A DNA stretch of 64,000 bases from Macrostomum lignano (Eukaryota). Position 1 is the stretch's first letter, and every line of letters starts with the position of its first letter. Made by a program: the position numbers and the translations under genes. A model generated the notes under the pieces. It searched no databases, was not told the origin of the DNA, and was given only the letters and a program-made list of their open reading frames with translations. This document shows, in pieces, positions 29,184-42,039 of the stretch. The stretch is taken from contig NIVC01000957.1 in assembly GCA_002269645.1 (NCBI GenBank), forward strand, positions 186,001-250,000. Reading direction: 5' to 3'.

Positions 29184-30671
29184 GATATCAGCATCTGATT
29201 TGAACCCTATGATGCTACAAAAACTTATTGCACATACATCTGCTAAATATAGAAATACAATTAAAACACTAAACTAATGAACTGGGAAACCGAAAAATAT
29301 AACATAAAACAATAAAAACCTGAATTTGTATAGCCATGATCTCCAATACGGGATCCTACACTAATCTGAGGCTATTTGGATTTTGGAGTTTTGGCAGGTT
29401 TAAATTTAATTTTTTTAAATCAACAAGAAGCACTTAAACAATTAGAGTTAAAGATTTTGTGAATGCTAGGATAGTGGACTCAGTATATTTGTTGTTAAAC
29501 ACACAGAGTTTTGATTTTTATATATGTAGAGATATAGTTTTGCTTTTATATTATCTTCTATGCAATATACTTATATCTAGACAACCTTTTGCGACATTTT
29601 TATTGCTTAGTTGATTAGTTTTGTAACAAATTCATTGGTATCCTATTATCAAGATTGACCAAGCTAGCCAAGTATTTTACATATATGCCTAGCCTTGCCA
29701 CCCAATTTTTATTAACTTCCTTAGTTGTTTTAGCCTAAATCTGCTTTATAAATTTTAGTGGCTAATGTACATTATGGCAAAACTAATAAGCAAGCTATTT
29801 ACAACTATAAGCTTGGCTTTTTGACTTATCAAAGTTCTCAGGTGCCTTTCTTCTTATAAAATAGCTTATATACTCTTCACAACTTATTGAACTAAAAATA
29901 GAAAGCTGTTTTGTTAAGTCTATGCCTATGTTACTACTGTGTGGCTCATTTAGTTATTTTAGCATCTGTGGGCCTAAGTAAAAAGTTGGCAATCTCTTAG
30001 TTTATTGTGTTAAATAAATTTTTAAGTTTTTTCTCAAATTGTTTAGCTAATTAGCCAACTCTGTAATGGTTAAAAGGCCTAGAGCACTAACTACCACAAT
30101 CTTTAAAGCTAACTGCCAAGCTTATCAATATCAATATCAACCTATAGGAGCCCACACTGTGATAGCCAACAATATGAGCTATTCACTAGTTGGCCATGTA
30201 TACTAATATGGCTATATAGGGATAGAATATGGCATGAACAAGGACATGATGGATGATGGTTCTTATCCTAAACTGCAATAAATAGATGTTGCTACCTATT
30301 ATCTAGCAGTATGTCTTTCAATGGCCTTGTTCTTCAATCAATGGCAGGTATAAAAAGGCCTACAATGGCCTACCAAATGGTATCTACATTTTTGGTACCC
30401 AATGTAAATGGTATCTACATTTTTGGTACCCAGTATTTTGGTGCCCTAGTTGGTGCTGTTGCATAAATTATAGGCCTAAATTAGAATTAGAAACAAAATA
30501 GAAATTTAGCCCTAAATTATTGCTTGATTGTTTGATAATTGCTTTGCAATCAAAAATCAAAATAATTGCTTCTCATTTTGTTAAGCTAATCTATTTTTTT
30601 ATTTTTTGAAAGTTTTTTTCATTTAAATTTTTGTCTCAATTTGTCAAAAAATCATAACATAATTCATACAT

Positions 30672-30827
30672 GCGCAACTTTGGGAATCACCCGGCCGTTT
30701 CTATTGGCAACACACACATGTAAGTCGCTATTGGCTGAGAGCAGTCACGTGACTACTATTCCGTCCAATAGCGACTTACATGTGTATGTTGCCAATAGAA
30801 ACGGCCGAGTGAATCCCAAGGTTGCGC
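30672..30827. repeat. Fold-back palindrome (63-bp arms, 30-bp loop), probable MITE
   Basis: Arms 30672-30734 and 30765-30827 with ~4 mismatches; the loop contains palindromic AGTCACGTGACT. Confidence 0.88.
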
Positions 30828-33179
30828 CCAAGCATGACATAATTACATGTTAGATGTTACTCAAGAAATCAAATCATTATTAAAAGAAATGTCACATTTC
30901 ATAATTTTGATCATAACTATATTTATAATACTATATATAATGTAGCATCATTGGTAGTTAGTTATATCTTGTTACCTAAATCTTCTTAGCATATATTTAA
31001 AGTGGCACCTTGTATGCATGGATATATAGCAAATGCAATTAAACTTCAATGGATATTTCAAAAAGCATGGAAACCTTCTAAATGCCCAAACCATACTATT
31101 ATGAACTAGAAACTACAGCCTATATTTTGTGGACCCAAATGACCTAACAATCCACACTAGGCCTAACACTTAGAGGTCTTAGGCCCACATCAAGGAAAAG
31201 TTTAGGGCCATGCATGGCACCTTGTATGTTCTCTTTGAGCGCCACCTTAACAAATATCTATGGCTCTGCCTGTTTTTAGAAGAGGTCTTCAAAAACTTCC
31301 TGTACTAGGTGGCTCACTATTTATATTATTAATTGATCTAACATTTACCTGACATGTTTATCTGACACACCTGACATTTTTGCTTGCTACTCATATTCCA
31401 CCTGGTATGACCATCTCTGTGTGAAAAAAACTGAAAAAATTAACACAGCAAACTAGGAGATAGACAAAAAGTTAGGCCTATGGCTATATCAAAATATTAT
31501 TATATTAGACCTAGCCTAGTAGGCCTAAACTTGGTTAAAGTAAAAACATTTTTTTGCAAAAATGATTACAGTGCCTAATAAGAAAAATGCAATAGAAAAA
31601 AAATTAAGATATAAAATTATTAATTGTTCCCTCCCTTTTTTAATTTTGTTGTTGTTTTTGTTGGTGGTAATTTTTGTGGCTATTCAACTTTTGCTCTTTG
31701 GCTTTGGCTCTTAGTCTTAATAACTGTCACTGACAACCACAGATTTAGTTAGGCCTAGTTGTAGGTTTATGATATGTTGTAGCATCTTATCAGTAATGTT
31801 GAAACTAACCACGCGCACGTCGACTGGTAATTATGTAAACGTAACTATTTAACCATGTAATCCTATATACTAAAAATCTATCCTAAAGATATAATTTTTG
31901 TACGTGCAACATGCGATCCAGAGTGACCATGCAGTCAGCATTTTGCCTTATTTAAAAAAATTAATCAATTTAACAAAATAAATGTTCGGCTCTCTTAATT
32001 TTCAAAAAAAGGTATTTAAGTAGATTTTTTAAAAAGATAATTTATTAAATTAATTTCTCATAGTTGTTTTTCTATTAACTAATTACCAATTAACGATTAC
32101 ATTCAATCATTTTTTAATTGAACCACCACAAATGCTTACCTAAAGCTTTGCTTTAAATGTCCTATTTCTGGTTACTTTTTTTAATATATTTTATTTTTAA
32201 ATGCCTAATATTGCCAGCAATCCTTATATACTGGTATATTTATTATTGATAGGTTAATATACTGAACTACCTATTTGAATCATGTTTTGAATGAATCGCT
32301 TTCTATCAAAACCTTTCATACCTGTCATACAGTATCCCTACTAAATACCTTGTCATTCGTTGTTAGTCGTTATTAGTCGTTAAAGCTCGATAATACCGTT
32401 AAGAAAATTTACAGACGCGTTTTCAATCATAAGTTTTTACGAATATCACCATTTAAAAGTACCCTACATTTTCTCGAACAATTATTACATTGAAATACAC
32501 TGCCTTATATTGGCCAAACAGGCTCCCAGCCTGAGCTAAACTTACCAACTTACTTACATGCGTTTCAGGTTTACTGATGTAAACTTTTAATACTTTTTCG
32601 CAATTCGAAAATCAGCGGTTCCACGCACGCGTGGCGGGTATTCTGATGTTACATGTATATCCAATAAAAAAGTGTGGTCCCTACATGTAAATATTTATGC
32701 GAATGATGCTAAAAAATATCCTAGCTAATTTTTTTACACTAATTCATGACGCACTACAGTTTCGTGAGGCAGATTTAGTCTTTGCACAGTCTACGGTGAC
32801 AATGTGCACCATTGCTTGTGCACCAGTCCATCTAAGAAATCATTATGTTAAGCATGCAAATTAAGAGCCAGACTGGCGCTTTGGCGCGGTCACAGGCAGT
32901 TAAGCGGCTAAAGTAAGCTAAATATTAGTCTAACGATCTCCGAAAGTGACAATGCATCTACATCATCGCTATCCGTCGACGCGTTAACACATTTAGTGCC
33001 AAAAGCGTGCAGTTATGTGTACTTTTACATGTACTTCTGGGAATTTGGTAATGAAATAGTACATTTAGTAGTGTATGAAGGCTCGCCAGCGCAAGAACCC
33101 CCTGCAAAAGTCCTCTCTGTCCCTGCATGGCGGTTGCGACCTTAGCCCCAGTCCCTAAAGCAAGTTGAAGCAAGTTGAA

Positions 33180-33369
33180 GCAACATGTTTTGTAAGTTAT
33201 ATCAAAATAAGAGCTTTGTATCTGCTTCCAATAAAAAGCTATCACACCATTTTAAAGTGAAAAAAGTTAAAAGTTCCTATCTCGCTAGTGCATTTTTCCG
33301 TGAAAATCAGCCTTTAATAAATTTTCCAAGAAACGAAGTGTCCCGTCCTTCTTCTTCTAGTGGTCCTTG
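33180..33369. mobile_element. Remnant right end of the CAAGG-terminated MITE family
   Basis: ..AAGAAACG..CCCGTCCTTCT..GTCCTTG parallels 34425-34463; no left end or TSD found. Confidence 0.55.
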
Positions 33370-34017
33370 ATTTCAAAGAGCAGGACGATTAGCAAAAGTT
33401 CAAATGCCATAGACAAATGTACAGCATTGAAAAATTACTTATGGCACACACAAGCGAAATAGCTGGAGCAGGCTTTAACCACTCTTCAAATCTTGTTATA
33501 CGTCGATCTTGACGAAATTGATTTGTCGTTCGACCAATTATTTATGGATATGGAGTCAGCTCATGCGACAAGAGTCAATAGCGATGACACACCCTGCGAG
33601 ACCGCTTGGTAATAAAACTGACGGCTGAAGATCTACAACGACGTCTGGACGACACCTGGAAGGCTTGACTAATGGCTGAGAATCCTCAGTGATGGCGCTG
33701 CCCCTAGAACTGATTCGTCTTGCTGTCTCCAGCTCTCAACAGATTGACGTTCGCGTTGAACCTCTTGGATCGACAGGTCAGGATACTGTACCACCTGCTG
33801 AAAAAAACAAAAGGTTCTATCGAGGTGGAGATTGCATGACGGTGAGAGGTTTGTAAGGTTTTTTAAGTGATTGTAGTAAAACATTCAATAAACTTTGTTT
33901 GAAGCTAATTGATCAAACTGTTATTTGCTGTATCTTGTTTATTTGCTATTTTGTACTATATGTTTGCCATCGTGAAGACACTTTTGTTTTACGTTTTTTA
34001 CGGCCCAGTGCATGTAT

Positions 34018-34463
34018 CAAGGTACCAATGTACCTAAAAATCACAAAAATGCATGACACAGCTCCAATATTGGTTTTATGAATCTATTTTATCATCTCTG
34101 TTACGAATATTTGCTACACAGTCCGTTAAGAATGAAAAAATAGACTCATAAAACCAAAGAGCCGAGCCGTGGCATTCTAATGTATTTCAAGCACAAGACA
34201 CGTGAAAATATACGTAGAATAAAAAATTAACATAGAATCCTAATTTTCTGAACGAAAAGCTTTATAAATATCGATAGAGCAATAAAAAAGGCACAACATA
34301 TCAAAAGATAAACACTGGATCTGCTTCCTATCAAAAGTAATGGCAATTTTTGTGCTGAAAAAATAAAAATTTCCCATCTCCGTAGTGTATTTTTCGGGAA
34401 AAAGTGCCTTCAAAAATTTTCTAAGAAACGAGGTTTCCCGTCCTTCTACTTAAGTCGTCCTTG
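34018..34463. mobile_element. 446-bp MITE, CAAGG...CCTTG termini, 8-bp TSD (P-superfamily-like)
   Basis: TSD GCATGTAT at 34010-34017 and 34464-34471; an inverted partial copy of the interior lies at ~45620-45760. Confidence 0.8.
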
Positions 34464-34514
34464 GCATGTATACCAACAAGCCCATTATCTATATAATGGT
34501 CCTGACAGCAAGCC

Positions 34515-34772
34515 CCTTTTCTAGTTAATGTTCCAGTGATGCTTGAGTGTGGCCATAGACAAGCCCATTTTCTAGTTATTGGTCCAGTGATACTTGAGTG
34601 TGGCCATAGACAAGCCCATTTTCTAGTTATTGGTCCAGTGATACTTGAGTGTGGCCATAGACAAGCCCATTTTCTAGTTATTGGTCCAGTGATACTTGAG
34701 TGTGGCCATAGACAAGCCCATTTTCTAGTTATTGGTCCAGTGATACTTGAGTGTGGCCATAGACAAGCCCAT
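34515..34772. repeat. 51-bp tandem repeat, ~5 copies
   Basis: Unit CCATTTTCTAGTTATTGGTCCAGTGATACTTGAGTGTGGCCATAGACAAGC. Confidence 0.93.
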
Positions 34773-35407
34773 TCCCGAAAAATAGGCGGACGTACCATAT
34801 TACAAGCTTTTGGCGTAAGTGGAGTTTACTTACGAAGAAACGTGCAATTTTGGTTTTGAAATAACTGTTGAAGGGCATTTTTAATGAGTAGTGTGCGATG
34901 CCCTTTTGAAATTTTGGTAACAATTTTTCCATGATAACTACGAGAGGGTACATGTACACACCAGCAAAATTTCTTGAGAATTCCGAAAAACACCCACGTA
35001 AAATGCCTCGAGATTACACTACTACATTTCAATACATTTTGAATTGTTCCAATCCTACGGCGCAAATGCAAATAATTCGTTTAAATAATTCCACACGAGT
35101 GCTAGGTAGTAGTTTCCCCAACACTTCGTCGTCGATCGTTGAAACTTTTCAGTGGAAGAGAATTGTTTGCATGGTTTTAATGGTTGCTGTCAAATACATG
35201 TTTGCATATCTAGCTGTAGAAAGATGGGAGCGGCAATGTATATATGGTAGAAGCGGATGATGCTGCAAAAAACGAAGTACAGTATACCACACGAATTCGG
35301 AATACTGCTAAAATATATACTGTCATACTGAGTGAGTACGCTCGTATACGGCGACTGTAGAATTCACCCTGCTAAAGTTAGACAGAAGCTATAATTATTG
35401 AGTCACG

Positions 35408-36151
35408 ATGTCCAAGAAGGCCTTCGCTGTGCTTTTTCTAATCCTACATGCATCAGCGAATTCCACTGCTAGGCTACAGCAGTATCAGGGTGTGCAGAAT
35501 GGCAGCCTCTGCATCAATGCCCGATTCGTCGAAGTTCATCCAGATGAAAGTGGCGAAATTGGCTGCGCTGCGATTTGCAGCTCCGTGCCCCGCTGTCAGG
35601 CCTTCACCACTGCCGACGGGCCGTGCCAGCTGTTCGTGTTCGACAAGTGCAGCAGGTCGGTGCGGGACTGCAGCTGCGTCAAGAGAGGCCGCCTGTTTGT
35701 GAAGCGGCAGCCGGGACTCTCGGCGGGCTCGCTGTGCCCCACCGGCTACGGTGACGAGCGGTGCGGAGTGAAGTACAAAATGCTGATGGGTTCCGGCGTG
35801 TGGACCGCGCAGAGACAGGTATGCGAGTTCGACGGTGAGCTGACCACGATGGCCGACGTGATCGACAGCGCGGAGATGAGCCACGTGAACTACCTATTCG
35901 CTAAGCACGGATCGAAGGGATTTTACCTTGGCGGCTGGCAGGTGCCAGGCAGCGACGAGCCGGCAGGCGGATGGGTCTGGGCCGGCTGCAACACCACCAT
36001 CGACGGCACTCTTTGGGTCCCCGGCGAGCCCAACAACGGAGTGGCTAACGAGAACGCCATCATGCGCGTTGTGCCTTACTCTAAGCTGGTCGACGTCACA
36101 GGTTTCCTCGTCAGGAGAGCTCTGTGCGAATGCGTGTCTCCATTCGATTGA
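35408..36151 (+). CDS. Secreted PAN/apple-like plus C-type lectin domain protein (247 aa, intronless)
   Basis: Signal peptide MSKKAFAVLFLILHASA; C-x3-C-x5-C-x-AF..C-x-L PAN-like pattern; CTLD W..A..C..L..FYLGG..WVW..W.PGEPNN..CE. Confidence 0.88.
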   Translation: MSKKAFAVLFLILHASANSTARLQQYQGVQNGSLCINARFVEVHPDESGEIGCAAICSSVPRCQAFTTADGPCQLFVFDKCSRSVRDCSCVKRGRLFVKRQPGLSAGSLCPTGYGDERCGVKYKMLMGSGVWTAQRQVCEFDGELTTMADVIDSAEMSHVNYLFAKHGSKGFYLGGWQVPGSDEPAGGWVWAGCNTTIDGTLWVPGEPNNGVANENAIMRVVPYSKLVDVTGFLVRRALCECVSPFD

Positions 36152-36542
36152 CTTGGAGCGGTCTCTGTGCTGGAAAAAAACAGAACTTTAAAACGCATAG
36201 TTTTTCAGATTGATTGATGCGACGTCTTGCTAAATGCTGCCGTATAAGCGGTCATATTTTACAGCAGCCTCTTAATTATTAAGCAAGAAAGACCAATACT
36301 GAAAATTAAAATGTGAAGGACACTACTTTAAGTACAATGGCATTCGACTCTAATGTTTTTAACGGATTTTTACACCAGTCACCGTTCCTGCAGTCTGTTC
36401 CCACACCAGAATTGGACCTGCAGTCGGCGACTCCAGCTGGCAGCCTTTCAGTTCATCCGTGCCAAGTCGTACTGCGCTTTCAGGCGGTTTCAAAAGGTGC
36501 CGCTGTGGCTGAAGCTAACGTTTCGTCGACTGCCCGCCCTCG

Positions 36543-37850
36543 ATTCTGTCACCCCAGAGTGCCCGCCCCTGAGTCTGTCGCCCCAGACTGGCCGCCCCTG
36601 AGTCTGTCACTCCAGACTGGCCGCCCCTGAGTCTGTCACCCCAAGACTGGCCGCCCCTGAGTCTGTCACTCCAGACTGCCCGCCCCTGAGTCTGTCGCCC
36701 CAGAGTGCCCGCCCCTGAGTCTGTCGCCCCAGAGTGCCCGCCCCTGAGTCTGTCGCCCCAGAGTGCCCGCCCCTGAGTCTGTCGCCCCAAGACTGGCCGC
36801 CCCTGAGTCTGTCACTCCAGACTGCCCGCCCCTGAGTCTGTCGCCCCAGAGTGCCCGCCCCTGAGTCTGTCGCCCCAGAGTGCCCGCCCCTGAGTCTGTC
36901 GCCCCAAGACTGGCGCCCCTGAGTCTGTCGCCCCAGAGTGCCCGCCCCTGAGTCTGTCGCCCCAGAGTGCCCGCCCCTGAGTCTGTCGCCCCAGAGTGCC
37001 CGTCCCTGAGTCTGTCGCCCCAGAGTGCCCGCCCCTGAGTCTGTCGCCCCAAGACTGGCCGCCCCTGAATCTGTCGCCCCAAGACTGGCCGCCCCTGAGT
37101 CTGTCACTCCAGACTGCCCGCCCCTGAGTCTGTCGCCCCAAGACTGGCGCCCCTGAGTCTGTCGCCCCAGAGTGCCCGCCCCTGAGTCTGTCGCCCCAGA
37201 GTGCCCGCCCCTGAGTCTGTCGCCCCAGAGTGCCCGCCCCTGAGTCTGTCGCCCCAGAGTGCCCGCCCCTGAGTCTGTCGCCCCAGAGTGCCCGCCCCTG
37301 AGTCTGTCGCCCCAAGACTGGCCGCCCCTGAATCTGTCGCCCCAAGACTGGCGCCCCTGAGTCTGTCGCCCCAAGACTGGCCGCCCCTGAGTCTGTCACT
37401 CCAGACTGCCCGCCCCTGAGTCTGTCACCCCAGAGTGCTCACCCCTGAGTCTGTCGCCCCAAGACTGGCCGCCCCTGAGTCTGTCACTCCAGACTGCCCG
37501 CCCCTGAGTCTGTCACCCCAGAGTGCCCGCCCCTGAGTCTGTCGCCCCAGAGTGCCCGCCACTGAGTCTGTCGCCCCAGACTGCCCGCCACTGAGTCTGT
37601 CGCCCTAGACTGCCCGCCCCTGAGTCTGTCGCCCCAGACTGCCCGCCACTGAGTCTGTCGCCCCAGACTGCCCGCCCCTGAGTCTGTCGCCCCAGAGTGC
37701 CCGCCCCTGAGTCTGTCACCCCAGACTGCCCGCCCTGAGTCTGTCACCCCAGACTTCCCGCCCATGAGTCTGTCATCCCAGACTTCCCGCCCATGAGTCT
37801 GTCACCCCAGACTGCCCGCCCCTGAGTCTGTCACCCCAGACTGCCTGCCC
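36543..37850. repeat. 29-bp GC-rich minisatellite (CCCCAGAGTGCCCGCCCCTGAGTCTGTCG), ~45 copies
   Basis: Direct periodicity. Confidence 0.96.
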
Positions 37851-38456
37851 CTATTCGTGCCCAGCTTATGGAGCCGCTAAGAGCAGCTGGAGCATCTTTA
37901 GTATACAATGCAACCCATATCCTATTGGTTGAATGTTTTTAACAAAAAAAAGCAATCTGAAGGATCACGGCCAAAAATTATCCATCCGATAACGATGCAA
38001 AATTTGTAGTTGCCATGCATTTAATATTACCCACTTAGCATTTGCGTAGCAGCGTCTTGAACCCAGCTCGCTAAGACTCTTCAACGTAAATTTTTTATTC
38101 ATTCTGACATTCGCGTGAGGACTATCTTTTAGCTTTGCGAATCTGATCATCAAAGTCCTTCATGCTTAATTTGCGTGAACATGATGAAGAGAATACTCGA
38201 TCCCGCGTTCCTACGCCCTAGCTATGTTCTTCTCAAGGTATTGACTCATTTCTGCTCAGCAACGGGTCAGAGTTGACCTCCGCTGACTCAAAACTGCCTG
38301 AAAAATGGGTCCAGAGATTCGGGAGTTTGGCTTTAATCTTAGTCTTTGACTTTAAAATTTAAATGTCAGCAATAAAAATTTGCTAGTTTAGGAAGGAGCA
38401 CAGAAAGCTTTATCAAAAGTTTAGACTAAATTTGTCTGTTTGAAATTCTTCCAGGT

Positions 38457-39985
38457 GCCAGGTGAGATACCTATGTCAAACATGTGAGATACCTATGTCA
38501 AACATGTGAGATACCTATGTCAAACAGGTGGCATACATGTGTCAAACACGGACTACTTAAGTAGAAGGACGCGACACGCGCGAAACGTGCAAATTTTATT
38601 GGAGGCTGAATGTTCAATTTTATGTAGCCCGACTCCAGAAACTCGCCGAAGTGTAGTTTTTTTTCACAGGATGCACATAACTTAGTCCTTGTTGGTGTGA
38701 GATACGAGCTATGTAATGTATGATTAAAACGATGTAGAAACCTTAAAATTAGTTTCAAGCGACGAGTACTTAGCTTTTGTCTGGTGAGTTTCGAAGTGCG
38801 ACACTATGGCATAAAATATGGCTCTTTACTTTGATATAGCACCTACTTCAAACGATGCTTCAGTATTACCCCGTTGATTGTCTCTGTGGAGCGAACCTTT
38901 AACCTGGGCATACGAAAAACCTATCGCAGACGTACAGGTATAGATGCCACTGGTTCTGTGCCCATCGCATCGGATAAAAAGAGTCAAAAGACGAAATAAG
39001 ACAAAGATTTTGAGAATAATAATTTTAAGTCTAAGTATTCAATTATGTTTTTTGACGTCATTTTAATATCATAGGCTTTTATCAAAATGTATGCAAAAGG
39101 TATAGACTAAATTGGTATAACAGGTTTCTTGTATAAAGCAAATGTGAAACACTTTCAAAAATATAAACAAAAACGTACAACGAAAAATTTACAACAAGCT
39201 GAACTACTGTATAAAGACAACTTGCTTATATTGCATAAAACAACAAATGCAAACAACAAAAAAACAAATAGCCTATAGACTTACTAACTAATGCCAATGG
39301 TAATGCTAAACTAAACAGTAGCTAGCTAGGGCCTATAACTAGACAATGTAGGTATATCAACATTAGTCCCCTAGCCTAGCCTAATAATTAAATACATGCT
39401 ATAAATTATAATAACAAATACACTATATTATATAATCGCCTGTGACAGTAAGGCCTGCCTGACTAAAAAATGTTGACAAAATTTTCAAAAAGAATACTTG
39501 CATAGTATAGCTATAGGTCTTCATACAAGGCCTAGCTATACATAATAATAGATATATAAACGAAGTCTCCAGACATTTTTAAACAATACTAAGCTAGGCC
39601 GACATTATATAGTGGTAAAAAATTGGAAAAAATACGAAAACACTCTGAAGAAATGATCTGCATTCAATGATAAGAATATTTCAATGTATGCTCCAGAATA
39701 GGCTACGCTAATGGGAAATTCAGCCTCCAAAAAAAATTACACGAATCGTGCGTGTCGCGTCCTATATAAACGACAATTAAGTAGTCTGTGGTGTCAAACA
39801 GGTGAGATACATGAGTCAAACAGGTGAGATACATGAGTCAAACAGGTGAGATACATGAGTCAAACAGGTGAGATACATGAGTCAAACAGGTGAGATACAT
39901 GAGTCAAACAGGTGAGATACATGAGTCAAACGGGTGGCATACATGAGTCAAACAGGTGGCATACATGAGTCAAACAAGTGACATA
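38457..39985. repeat. 22-bp minisatellite (GTCAAACAGGTGAGATACATGA) split into 38457-38546 and 39791-39985 by a MITE
   Basis: The same unit occurs on both sides of the insertion. Confidence 0.9.
38547..39790. mobile_element. 1244-bp non-autonomous DNA transposon, CAC(G/A)GACTACTTAA termini, 8-bp TSD (P- or hAT-like)
   Basis: TSD GTGTCAAA at 38539-38546 and 39791-39798; imperfect TIR extends through AGGACGCGACACGC..TTGGAGGCTGAAT; no ORF. Confidence 0.85.
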
Positions 39986-41043
39986 CATGTGCCAGAGTGT
40001 GTAACGAGTTTAAAACGATTCAAGCCAGTTTATCTCTCCCATGCGTGTAAGTTAGTCCAGGCTCGTACCGAAAGAGAACATTGATAGCAGTCCAAGTTTC
40101 TTAGTTCAGTTCTCATCTCAAGCCAGACAGACATCGACTAAGGGAGTTTTTTAGTTTTTGCTAAGCATTTATGGAGCCGAGCGCCCTGTCAGTCACGGCC
40201 GACATGATACAAGGGCCGCAGACTGACAGGAAGTCGGTCCCAAATTGAATCGAGTTTTGCCATTAGAGGCAGCCTGCCACATCCGGTGCCATCCATGCTG
40301 GTCATTGGCCAGTCTTAGGGAGCCGCCAAGTCTTCCCTTGTTTCCCAGATCTATTCATCTTTCTCCTCAGGTAAAACCGCGCGCAAGAAATGCGCTGATC
40401 TGTGAATTATTCGCGCATCTCTGCCGATGAGTGCCAGCCGGCCTGTTGATCTCACGTCGCATCTTGGAGACTCTCGCAGTGCACCTGCCAGCCATCAAAT
40501 TCTAATAAGGCATTCGAGGTACATTTAACTCGTAGTAACCATTTGCTGCAGTACGTCATTTGCTGTCGTTTTTAATCGGATCTCTCAAAAATGCAAGCAT
40601 TTTTTATCTTTCTTTGAATGCCCTATTGATGAAATTTTGTTAACTCTTGCTCGAAATGTCCGGAATCTGGAGTGCCCGTTGAGTGACTGGGTAGTTTGAA
40701 AAAATGCGCCCTCCAGCAAATCGACGCATTTGAGGCGAGAAAAAAAACAACCAAAGCCGCTCCATCGAAGACTTTCCTATTTTGACATGTCCGAAATTCG
40801 GGAGGGGAGGGCGGGTGCGCTGAGCTGCCTTTTGGCGGACCCGTCCTCCTCATGCAGTCTGGAGAAATATCCCAACACAGCGCGGTTCCCTCTGGCGGGC
40901 TTAGCAGTCACTCTGGGAGGGCGGGCTTGTAGCAATCCTGCCAGGGGCTTACACACCGCTCTCTGCCGCAGGAGCTCAAATCCGGACCAAATCTGGGTCG
41001 AGCAAACTTCCACCTGCATTGCAGACAAGTTGCCTAGCGTCTC

Positions 41044-41090
41044 TATATAAGAACTCAGCAGAGCGGCCCTCTCAGCCGCCTTTTTCAGTC
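41044..41090 (+). promoter_or_regulatory. Candidate TATA box and initiator of the prohormone gene
   Basis: TATATAA at 41044-41050; TCAGC/TCAGT ~30-40 nt downstream; donor CCAAG|gtaatt at 41179/41180 implies a non-coding first exon. Confidence 0.5.
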
Positions 41091-41303
41091 GAGAGAGAAA
41101 CAATTAGCGTAGTCGCTTGAAGGTCTCCGCCTGCCCGGGCTCCACAAACGCGCTGACACACTTAGAAGAGAACGCCAAGGTAATTAATAGCTTTCAAATC
41201 TTCTTTCCTTCTTTGCATGTTTCGAATTCAGTTCTCTACGTGTTGAATTATCCTGTACAGTACGAGCGTAACTGCTTCGTAACAACTTAGAGCCGGATCT
41301 GCC

Positions 41304-42039
41304 ATGGTGCATCCAACAAAAAGCCTGCTGATTGTCGCTGCCTGCCTAGCCGTCGCTTACGGATCCAAGGTGAGCAGGTTAACTAGCTCGTCAATGAGTT
41401 CACTGAGAAGAAAATTGTGCACGAAACTTCGTCTCAAACTTTCAGGCTGCCGGTGTTCACGACGTTGACAAGAAGAGCAAAGGCTTTGAAAAAAGGTCAA
41501 ATCCTCTCGTCGACTCCGGCCCGAACTATGAGTACGCCAGCCTTCAACATCCGTACGGCATGAAGCGATTCGACCCTCTGTCCGGCATGAAGCGCTTTGA
41601 CCCACTGTACGGCATGAAGCGATTCGACCCACTGTCCGGCATGAAACGCTTTGACCCACTGTACGGCATGAAGCGATTCGACCCACTGTCCAGCATGAAG
41701 CGCTTTGACCCACTGTCCGGCATGAAGCGCTTTGACCCACTGTACGGCATGAAGCGCTTCGACCCACTGTACGGCATGAAGCGCTTTGACCCACTGTCCG
41801 GCATGAAGCGCTTTGACCCACTGTACGGCATGAAGCGATTTGACCCACTGTCCGGCATGAAGCGCTTTGACCCACTGTCCGGTATGAAGCGATTCGACCC
41901 TCTGTCCGGTATGAAGCGATTCGACCCACTGTCCGGTATGAAGCGCTTCGACCCACTGTCCGGTATGAAGCGATTCGACCCACTGTCCGGAATGAAGCGA
42001 TTTGACCCTCTGGCCGGCATGAAGCGGTCAAAGAATTGA
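41304..42039 (+). CDS. Neuropeptide prohormone (pedal peptide/orcokinin-type), exons 41304-41369 and 41446-42039, 219 aa
   Basis: gccATG; signal peptide MVHPTKSLLIVAACLAVAYGS; phase-0 intron AAG|gtgagc..tttcag|GCT; 17 KR-flanked FDPL(S/Y/A)(G/S)M peptides; AATAAA at 42059-42064. Confidence 0.92.

Noticed and set aside
36515-37765. GRQTQGRALWGDRLRGG.. ORFs
   Set aside because: Three-frame rotation of a 29-bp unit with frequent indels; not coding.
40623-41103. Overlapping ~100-aa ORFs upstream of the prohormone
   Set aside because: No homology or splice support; more likely GC-rich regulatory DNA.
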